A stretch of 64,000 nucleotides of DNA, from the NCBI GenBank assembly GCA_947490615.1, contig CANLHK010000009.1, positions 18,846-82,845 of the forward strand, given 5' to 3'. This stretch comes from Planctomycetaceae bacterium (lineage in GTDB: Bacteria; Planctomycetota; Phycisphaerae; Phycisphaerales; SM1A02). Below the pieces are notes generated by a model that saw only the letters and a program-made list of their open reading frames with translations, did no database searches and was not told where the DNA came from. This document shows, piece after piece, positions 51,101 to 57,815 of the stretch (within the stretch, counting starts at the first letter, position 1; each line of letters starts with the position of its first letter). A program made the position numbers and the translations under genes.

Positions 51101-53845
51101 GCGCTCAACGCCGCCAGTGGCCGTTGCCGCGCTGACATAGAGCTTGTCGGAAGTAAAGCGGATCAGTCCGCGGCCACTCTCGTCGATCGCGTCGTGGATC
51201 TGGTCCGCGATGGCGAAGTTCTTCGCGAGCACGCTGCGGTCGAGCACCGAGCCGATCGCGGTGTAGAACTGCGCGCCCTCGGCGTTGATGCCGCCAAGGT
51301 TGGTGACGAGGATCGACTTCAGCGTGGAGTTGCCCGCATGGAGCGTCGAGGCGAGAAGCGCCGTCGAATCGAAGATGAGATCGGCTTGGCTCGAGATGCA
51401 CTCATGAAGTTGCAGCGCATTGCAGCTGACACCCGCGGCATCGGGATACCCCTCGATGACCACCGCGGCGTCGACGGTTCCAGTGACGATCACGCCATCA
51501 AGCGCGAGGCCAATCGTGGAGTCGGCCGCGCCAGCACCAGTGGCGATCAGACCATGGCCGCTTCCACTGCCCACGATCGCCGTGTTGGAGACGATGGCAT
51601 TGGTGAGGCTTGGGCATGTCGGCGCAACGCGGATGGCGTCGAGCGCGATCGAACTGAACTGCGCATTGTTGAGGAGAAGGTCGTTCACCGCGGCGGAGCC
51701 TGCGATGTGCAGCCCGCGCTCCATGCCCGTCGCCACGATCGACTCCACAGTGACGCGTGAAAGCGGCTCGGTGTTGGCGATGTGGATCGCGTTGCTTGCA
51801 GCCCCGACGATGCGGAGGTTGCTCACGACGACGCGGCCATCGGCTGCGCTGGTGTTGGCGATGGTGATGGCCGAATCAAGCGCACTCGCGGCGGTGAGGA
51901 CGGTGCCGTCGAGTCCGCTGCCCGCTCCGACGAGCGCCACGCGCTTGCTGAGGAGGAGTGATTCGCTGTAGTTGCCCGCGGCGACGCGCACAGTGTCGCC
52001 GTCGGCCGCGAAGGCGATGCTTGAAGCGATTGATGTGAAGTGACCCACGGCCGAGCCACCGCGTTCGACGGCGATTGGCGCGTTGCTGAACGACTGGAAC
52101 GCGTCGTGGCGCGTGTTGAGCGCAGCGATCTGGAGGTCGGACATTCCAAGCAGATTGGCCGAGAGCGACGAACCTGCGACCACGCGGGCGAGGATCGCGT
52201 TGAGTCCCGCTGCGTCCACGACATTGCTCGCATCAAACGCGAGGTCGCCGTAGAGCTTCTCACTCGAAGTCGCTGCGAGCGCAGCTGTGAGCGATGCATA
52301 CGCGCTTTCCGCGCGCCCGACGATGGCGACGGTCGCATCGCTGAACACAATTCGCTCGACGCCGCGCACGCTGTCGCTTCCGTCGGTCGTGGTTGTGACG
52401 GTGAGCGTCACGCCTGACGAGGCGAGCGCGCCTTGCATGCTGGAGTTGTACATCGCGCGATCGATGCCAGCGCCGCCAAGGATGGTGTCATCGTGGGCGC
52501 CGCCTTCGAGCGTGTCGTCGGTGGTTCCGCCGGTCAGCGTGTCGTTTCCTTCGAGCGTGCGGATGACGCGCGTCGCGTGGATCGAACTCGCGAGGACGAG
52601 ATCGTCCGTTGTCGTGCCGAGGATGTCGACGGTGCCGAGCCCATTCACGGTGATCGTGTGTTGCGCTGCGCGGATCGCCAGCGTGCGCGTGGCGGCGATC
52701 GAGCCATCGAACTCAAGGGCCGCGGTGGTCAGGGAGCGGAAATCGGTGTCGGTGCTCAGGGCGCTGGTAGCGGCGCTGATGGCGACCGTGCCCGCGCCAG
52801 CGATGGCACGCAAGTGCGCCTGCGAAGCGCGCAGCGTGAGCTTCGCACCTGCGTCGACAGATCCCGCGAGATCCAGCACGCTCTCAACACCTGTGAAGTC
52901 GGCATCGGCGGTGACAGCGCCGAAGATCACGGCGGTTCCGCCACCCGTGAGAACTTGGCCGTTGGCTTGCGCCGCCGTGAGCGTGAGCGTTCGTCCGAGC
53001 GCGATCGACGCGCCAACGCTGCCGTCGAGATCGAGCACGATTGCGGGAGCGAGTGAGACGAGCGAAGTGTCGAGTGCGAAGTCACCGACGAGTGCGATGC
53101 TGCCCGCGCCTTCGATCACTTGGCCTGACACGCGTGCTGGTGCGATGCGCAGTTGACCACCTAGAGCGATCGAGAAGCGCGGCGCGCTGCTTGGAAAGGT
53201 GAGGTTGGTCGTCGTGACGCCGGTGAGATCAGAGAAGCCCGTCAAGGCGTCCGATCGAATCGCGACCGTGCCGAGTCCCGCGATCGACTTGCCATTGGTC
53301 TCCGCCGCGGTGAGGAGCAGCGTCTTGTCAGCAGCAAGACTCACGACCACATCGGCCTTGGCGATTTGCGTGCAGACGGCCGTGACGGCCGCGATGTTCA
53401 TGCCTGCGGCGTTGATCGTGACCGTGGCGCCTTCACAGGTGTGCGTGAGCAAACCAGTGATGCGCGCGCCGAGTGCGAGCGGGTCCGAGGTGCCCGCTGG
53501 GTTGTACAAACCGTTCGAAAGCGTGAAGGTGCCGAAGACGCCTTCATCCGCAAGAAGATTGGCGTTGAGTCCGAGCGTTCCCAGAGTCGCAGGCGTCATG
53601 CCTGTGGCGTTCGCCGTCACCTTGGCGCCGCCGCTGCCTGCGAGGGCGAGCGCTGCGCTCACTTGTGCCGCGGTGCTTGCAGAGGTCAGATGATTGGTGC
53701 CCGCGGCGCAGTTCGCGCTCTGCATGGCAAACGCTGGAAGCGCCGTCATGCCAACCACAGTGCACGCAATAAAGCTCGCCGTCAGAAACGCGTTCAGCGT
53801 CCGCGGCGCGGAAATCTGCGCTGCAGGGTGCGCATGGTGGGGCAT
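48131..53845 (-). CDS. giant (1904 aa) secreted multi-repeat surface protein with RTX-like, beta-helix, cohesin-like, HYR-like and dockerin-like modules
   Basis: ATG at 53843-53845 is preceded by AGGA. Signal peptide ...TALPAFA. Modules: Gly/Asp nonapeptides GNDTLTGGTTDDTLEGGAHDDTILGGAGIDR (52457-52549); a parallel beta-helix-like region (NLRIVGAASNAIHIANT...); two internal repeat families; a cohesin-like segment (about 49186-49460); an HYR-like segment (about 48798-48990); a C-terminal EF-hand/dockerin-like pair (48195-48525). Confidence 0.8.
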   Translation of the reverse strand: MPHHAHPAAQISAPRTLNAFLTASFIACTVVGMTALPAFAMQSANCAAGTNHLTSASTAAQVSAALALAGSGGAKVTANATGMTPATLGTLGLNANLLADEGVFGTFTLSNGLYNPAGTSDPLALGARITGLLTHTCEGATVTINAAGMNIAAVTAVCTQIAKADVVVSLAADKTLLLTAAETNGKSIAGLGTVAIRSDALTGFSDLTGVTTTNLTFPSSAPRFSIALGGQLRIAPARVSGQVIEGAGSIALVGDFALDTSLVSLAPAIVLDLDGSVGASIALGRTLTLTAAQANGQVLTGGGTAVIFGAVTADADFTGVESVLDLAGSVDAGAKLTLRASQAHLRAIAGAGTVAISAATSALSTDTDFRSLTTAALEFDGSIAATRTLAIRAAQHTITVNGLGTVDILGTTTDDLVLASSIHATRVIRTLEGNDTLTGGTTDDTLEGGAHDDTILGGAGIDRAMYNSSMQGALASSGVTLTVTTTTDGSDSVRGVERIVFSDATVAIVGRAESAYASLTAALAATSSEKLYGDLAFDASNVVDAAGLNAILARVVAGSSLSANLLGMSDLQIAALNTRHDAFQSFSNAPIAVERGGSAVGHFTSIASSIAFAADGDTVRVAAGNYSESLLLSKRVALVGAGSGLDGTVLTAASALDSAITIANTSAADGRVVVSNLRIVGAASNAIHIANTEPLSRVTVESIVATGMERGLHIAGSAAVNDLLLNNAQFSSIALDAIRVAPTCPSLTNAIVSNTAIVGSGSGHGLIATGAGAADSTIGLALDGVIVTGTVDAAVVIEGYPDAAGVSCNALQLHECISSQADLIFDSTALLASTLHAGNSTLKSILVTNLGGINAEGAQFYTAIGSVLDRSVLAKNFAIADQIHDAIDESGRGLIRFTSDKLYVSAATATGGVERAIAASRAGDTIVVQDGVLVALTAEITGSILFAGNFVLDASSFPADSTADTVLSSFLSRATVGATFRVSTTGMSNAQLCAIASHYTSFGSGVSGELHLTSAQTAAQLDSLLAGAVVGSVLVDGSGMIGAQLDAVAAHPSQLAPAGLTGTLDLSSAILDTNLNALFSTAADSAIIRVNAEAMTATGLSEIAARIAQVDELFNLTLTSAQSPQEISILLGHSVAVNSAQRAMARAVATGMDTRQLAALAGTSARLAESGIEGSLLVSSGAAGLTDAAITALFSKTALAATVRVDASAMLATTLSIIATHDLLIDSIFGLTVTNAQTNSELALLLGKSDVATAQADATGMDSELGGKLATLAAHADKFVANGIGGAIVLNGNLSAAQLSAILSKANIVLAFVDAATITIDALAMSDAQLDAIAEALLRAGSAEAQAAIFDLSNLTLTQAQSAAQITTLLHATLDGEATVHATGMNQLQLAAIADAGAAIGLIHGQFSITAALTAEQIAALMANASTSANVLVDSTNMSAAQLAALFGTAILSVEANTTVAVDEIFFVEVNVSGLPVAAVGVQARVVFDPTKLEFVGGFEVGGVDFPATIFVDAGVDSVAFSTGAALDGSGEGVTSGNAARLAFRAKTAFCGSTDSVALATDGFPCLISAFGGGVAVPFTGLSMATIAALDAPIFVGAPELAGVTVATDAGSLVGAAIIEPIVTASNSCEPILLVSRSVALADGSTPTVWPSVFPIGTSVVEWSVTDASGTITTLSRTYTVLNHQLLTVGVDLVGSINAAISFDQPLRARLSTGELLAATVHFNGRVGVTVDLEVPVRTDYSCLSLKDATHTLADAQPLSVANGKWVTPARFALVSGDSNQDNLIDILDFGNFVSDRGADKDFASRSNYTRDSVVSNGDFGFIALQFLQTGESCGGGNLDTGTPLARVSLKDLRRHGLGHMAQADLNSDGWLDAADMALAMQGQYRDSGAVRVREQDQTTQPRW
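49470..50930 (-). repeat. nine tandem ~56-aa protein repeats with core [VI]x[VI][DN]A[TS]GM-x3-QL-x-A[IL]A ... L[TS]xAQxxxQ[IL]xxLL
   Basis: The conserved Met of the motif recurs from aa 1003 to aa 1454 in ORF-track numbering, an average period of 56 aa. Examples: FRVSTTGMSNAQLCAIA, VLVDGSGMIGAQLDAVA, RAVATGMDTRQLAALA, TIDALAMSDAQLDAIA, TVHATGMNQLQLAAIA, VLVDSTNMSAAQLAAL. Confidence 0.75.
52560..53350 (-). repeat. five tandem ~52-aa protein repeats (L[DE][LF]DGS-x-xAxxxLxLxAAQAxGxxIxGxGTVxI...DF)
   Basis: Read from the translation: LDLDGSVGASIALGRTLTLTAAQANGQVLTGGGTAVIFG..., LDLAGSVDAGAKLTLRASQAHLRAIAGAGTVAIS..., LEFDGSIAATRTLAIRAAQHTITVNGLGTVDILG..., plus two more degenerate upstream copies. 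Confidence 0.6.
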
Positions 53846-54151
53846 GTCACTGTTCCTTTGCGGTACGGGACGGACTCTGCACGCAATGAACAACCGCGTG
53901 CAACCATCAACCCACTTCGCGAGATGACGACGCGTCCCCCCGGTGAGGAGGGGAAGTGCCGCGTAAACATCAGGCCGAAAGGGACTTCCGCAAACCGCGC
54001 CTGCCGAGATTGGGCGAATCCTTGGGGCGGACTTGCCACGATGGACTCCGTGCCTGAAGTACAGGACCTGCGCGTGTCGACAGTCCGAACGCGCAAAGCA
54101 AAGGGTGGATGTCCGCGTGGGAACGGCGTCGCGGGGCAGCGCTCGCGGTGG

Positions 54152-54475
54152 TTATCCGCGGCGCCCGAACAGTCGTCCGAGGACGCCCGAGGAGGACTTC
54201 TCGTGCTTGACGAGGAGTTCGAGTTCACCAGCATCGAAGTAGATGCCGCCGCATGAGCCGCAGCGGTCGATGACCACGCTCTCGAGTTTCACTTCCGCCA
54301 TGGTGCCGCCGCACTTGGGGCAGCACATCCAATGGGTCGCCTTCGCCGACGCGCTGCTCGCGGCCTTGCGCTTGGCGTCAAGCTCTGCGCGAAGTTTCGC
54401 GAGCTGTTCAACCTCTTGCTTCTTAAAGGCTGCGTCTTCTTGGTTGTATCCGGTTGAATCAGTGATCGAGCTCAT
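54152..54475 (-). CDS. zf-TFIIB-type zinc-ribbon small protein
   Basis: Internal ATG at 54473-54475; 107 aa. N-terminal coiled coil, then CCPKCGGTM...IDRCGSCGGIYFDAGELELL, the CxxC...CxxC-GxxxDxGE pattern of PF13453-like zinc ribbons. Confidence 0.65.
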   Translation of the reverse strand: MSSITDSTGYNQEDAAFKKQEVEQLAKLRAELDAKRKAASSASAKATHWMCCPKCGGTMAEVKLESVVIDRCGSCGGIYFDAGELELLVKHEKSSSGVLGRLFGRRG

Positions 54476-54622
54476 GGGTGGGTTCCGCGGTGGTCGGGTC
54501 GTGGTCTTGAGGATAGCGGGGGTGGCGGCGTTGTGCGGCAAGAGTCCTGACTTGAACATGGTCAATTGCGCCGAGATCGCGTAGGGTCGAAGGATCGAGA
54601 GGAGGGGTAGAGTGCGGAGCCC

Positions 54623-55552
54623 ATGTCGGCTTGGCGCCTTCCAATTCTCGTTGCACTTGCCTTGGCGGTTGGTTGCGGCAACGCCACGCAGGCTCCTTCT
54701 GTCCTCAAACATGTCGTGCCCTATGAGGGAGTGTCCGAGCCAAGCGCTGGATCGAAGCCCATTTTTTCGAAACTCTACTCAGGAAGCGCGCCCGTCGGCG
54801 ACGCTGCGTTTGAGCAACTCAAACAACTCGGCGTGCAGACTGTCCTCTCCGTCGATGGCGCGATCCCTGACCTCGAGAGCGCGACGGCGCACGGCATGCG
54901 CTATGTCCATCTCCCCATTGGATACGACGGTCTCGACGAGGAACGCGCGGCGCTCCTGGTGCGCGTTGTGCGTGATCTTCCCAAGCCGGTGTACTTGCAC
55001 TGTCATCACGGGCAACATCGCAGCGCCTGCGCCGCGGCGGTGGTGGCGATCTCGCTTGGTTGGCTCACGCACGAGGCTGCCGTCGCGCAGATGAATCTCT
55101 CGGGTACCAGTGCGGCCTACCAAGGACTTTGGGAGAGCGTGGCGCGCGCGGAAGTCCTGACCGAGGAGGCGATCGACGCGGCGCCATCGGAGTTTCCTTC
55201 GCTCACGCAGCCGCTGCCTCTGGTCAGCGCGATGGTCGCGATCGATGCTGCGCTTGATCAGATCACCTCCTCATCTGGCAAGACGCTCGCGCAATCAGCG
55301 GCGCACGCGGGAACGATCGCCGATCTCTTGCGCGTGCTTGGTGAGGAGGAACGCGCACACACGCGGCTTTCACCGCAGTCTCAGACCATGCGCATCCTCT
55401 TTGAAGAGAGCGCCGCAGCCGCCACCACACTCGAGCAAACGCTCGCTGCAGGTGGAGGCGCGGGACTCGGCCGCGCGATCTCGGCGTTGAAATCGAGTTG
55501 CACCAAGTGCCACGCTGTGTTTCGCGATGAGCGCCGTATCAGCGCGCGGTAG
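54623..55552 (+). CDS. lipoprotein fusing a CX5R phosphatase-like (DSP/PTP-like) domain to a C-terminal mono-haem class-II-cytochrome-c-like domain
   Basis: Lipobox LALAVGC. P-loop VYLHCHHGQHRS (CX5R at 55001-55021). The helical C-terminal ~120 aa end with CTKCH (55499-55513), 13 residues before the stop. Confidence 0.6.
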   Translation: MSAWRLPILVALALAVGCGNATQAPSVLKHVVPYEGVSEPSAGSKPIFSKLYSGSAPVGDAAFEQLKQLGVQTVLSVDGAIPDLESATAHGMRYVHLPIGYDGLDEERAALLVRVVRDLPKPVYLHCHHGQHRSACAAAVVAISLGWLTHEAAVAQMNLSGTSAAYQGLWESVARAEVLTEEAIDAAPSEFPSLTQPLPLVSAMVAIDAALDQITSSSGKTLAQSAAHAGTIADLLRVLGEEERAHTRLSPQSQTMRILFEESAAAATTLEQTLAAGGGAGLGRAISALKSSCTKCHAVFRDERRISAR

Positions 55553-55729
55553 CCGCGCTTGCAACCAAACTGCGCCTGAAACGCCTCGCGATCCATGCAG
55601 AGACTGCGAGCTCTTGGCGGGGAAAACTGGAGTCTCCGCGTAAACCCCGTTTGCGGAACTCGTCTGTCGTGTCACAATCCCGTGACTCGGCGCACGCCGA
55701 GCTTCCGTAGTGGCGCGTCATAGGTCAGC

Positions 55730-57631
55730 ATGTTGGATGGCAGCATGTCGCACTTGGGAGCCGATCGCCCTTGTGAACATTCGTCGCTCCTTGGCGGCGC
55801 AGTGTTCGCGTGGACCGCAGCGGCGCTGGCGTGCGCGACCTCGATCGCCTCGGCACAGTCCTTCACGCCGTTCACCAGTGAGCACGCTGCGCGCGGCGTG
55901 ATCTACAACATGATGTTCACGCCGCCACTCGACAACCCGCAGGATGGGTTCGGGATGGCCGCGGCGGATCTTGACGGTGATGGCGATTTGGATCTCGTGT
56001 TGCTCGGTCGCGCCGACGGACTCGTCGGGCTCTATGAAAACAACGGTGTCGGCATCTTCACCAACCGCAGCGCCACGAGCGCAATCGCCGCGACAGCAGC
56101 GGGCGCGGGAGTGAGCGCGTTCGATTACGACAGCGATGGCGATCTGGACCTCTACCTCGCGCAGAAGAATCGCGCGAGCAAACTCTGGCGCAACGACGGC
56201 GCGCTCTCCTTCACCGATGTGACTCGCGCCGCAGGCCTCGAGCTCACCGCTCCAGTGACGGGCACCAGCGTCGCCGACTACGACGGTGACGGTTGGCTTG
56301 ACCTTGCGGTGTGTGTGTACTCCGCGAGTCAGGCCAACAAGCTCTACCGCAATCAGGGCGACGGGACCTTTGCGGAAGTCGGCGCTGCGCTCGGCGTCGC
56401 CTCGCTCGGACTTTCCTACGCCTCAGTGTGGAGCGATTACAACCGCGACACCTGGCCTGATCTCTGCGTCAGCAACGACCGCGGAGTCAGCGGCGTTCCC
56501 AACCAACTCTGGCGAAACGACGCTGGTGTGTTCAGCGATGTCTCGGCGAGGAGCGGCATGCAGGTCTCGCTCTGCTCGATGGGTGTCGCCTGCGCCGACC
56601 TCACCGGAGATGGACGCAGCGATTACTACTTCACCAACCTTCCTGATCGAAGTCCGCCGCTGTTGGGCGTCAATCCGCTGCTGGTTTCCAGTGTCGGCAA
56701 CACCTTCACCCAGGCGCAAGCGCTGTGGGGCGTTGAGAATCGCAGGATGAGTTGGGGCGCGTGCTTTTGGGATGTTGACAACGATGCAGACCTTGACCTC
56801 TATGTGAACAACGAGTTCCAGCCCAACGCGCTCTTTCAGAACTCGGGCACGCCACCGATGTCGGAGATCGGCGCAGCCGCTGCCGTCGCGGGGACGGCGA
56901 ATCTCTCGTTTGCCTCGGCCATTGGGGATCTCGATGGCGACGGTGATCTCGATCTCGTCGTGAACAACCTTGGCGGCGCTGTTCGGCTCTACATGAATCA
57001 AGAGGGTCAGTCGCGGAACTGGCTGCGGCTGCGTGTCGCTGGCAGTGGGAGTGTGCGCGACGCGATTGGCGCCTGCGCGACGGTGCAGCCTGCCGATGCC
57101 AGCGGCGATGTTGGTCCGACGCAGTGGCGCGAAGTGCTCTGTGGCGGCAACGGCTATCTCGCGCAGCACGAGACGACGCTGCACTTTGGCCTTGATGGAG
57201 CCACGCGCGCTTCGACGGTGGAAGTGCAGTGGCCTGCGCTGGGTGGCACGCGGCTGCTTTCAAACCTCGCCTCCAACATCGTGTGGACGGCGTACCCGCC
57301 TTCGCGTCTTGGTGATGTGGACGGAAACGGCACGGTGGATCTGATCGATTGGGCGCAGTTCACAAGTTGGGGCACGGGTCCGCTGCTCCCAGGGCGCGAG
57401 ATGCTCGACGGCGATGGCGACGCCGATCTCGATGCCTCCGATGTCGACGCCTTCTGGTCGCGGTGTTCGCTCACGCGCGGCGACCTTGATGGCAATGGCA
57501 GTGTGCGAGCGGACGATCTCGCGTTTCTACTCGTTGCATGGGGAGAGTCGGGTGTCACGGCGGATCTCGATCTCGACGGGGCCGTCGGGGCATCCGACCT
57601 CGCGCTGCTCCTCTCGTCGTGGACGCCTTGA
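55730..57631 (+). CDS. FG-GAP/VCBS repeat protein of the CRTAC1/ASPIC-UnbV family with C-terminal dockerin-like modules
   Basis: Repeated DxDGDGDLD FG-GAP blades (AADLDGDGDLDLVL, AFDYDSDGDLDLYL, VADYDGDGWLDLAV, IGDLDGDGDLDLVV). UnbV/ASPIC motif CGGNGYLAQHETTLHFGL. C-terminus GDVDGNGTVDLIDWAQF, GDLDGNGSVRADDLAFLLVAWG, DLDLDGAVGASDLALLLSSW. Confidence 0.8.
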   Translation: MLDGSMSHLGADRPCEHSSLLGGAVFAWTAAALACATSIASAQSFTPFTSEHAARGVIYNMMFTPPLDNPQDGFGMAAADLDGDGDLDLVLLGRADGLVGLYENNGVGIFTNRSATSAIAATAAGAGVSAFDYDSDGDLDLYLAQKNRASKLWRNDGALSFTDVTRAAGLELTAPVTGTSVADYDGDGWLDLAVCVYSASQANKLYRNQGDGTFAEVGAALGVASLGLSYASVWSDYNRDTWPDLCVSNDRGVSGVPNQLWRNDAGVFSDVSARSGMQVSLCSMGVACADLTGDGRSDYYFTNLPDRSPPLLGVNPLLVSSVGNTFTQAQALWGVENRRMSWGACFWDVDNDADLDLYVNNEFQPNALFQNSGTPPMSEIGAAAAVAGTANLSFASAIGDLDGDGDLDLVVNNLGGAVRLYMNQEGQSRNWLRLRVAGSGSVRDAIGACATVQPADASGDVGPTQWREVLCGGNGYLAQHETTLHFGLDGATRASTVEVQWPALGGTRLLSNLASNIVWTAYPPSRLGDVDGNGTVDLIDWAQFTSWGTGPLLPGREMLDGDGDADLDASDVDAFWSRCSLTRGDLDGNGSVRADDLAFLLVAWGESGVTADLDLDGAVGASDLALLLSSWTP

Positions 57632-57815
57632 TGGAGATGGCGCATCCGAGCGCTTGGCAATCGCGGCAGTACACTCGACGCCAGCACGGGATCTTGGGTG
57701 CGGGAGAACTCCAGCTAGGAGCGCAGCGCTGTCGACATTCGCGATCACCTCAACACGCTCGGCTGAGCCGCGACTCCTTCGGCAGCTTGACGCCACGCGC
57801 GCGCTGTCGGATGCG

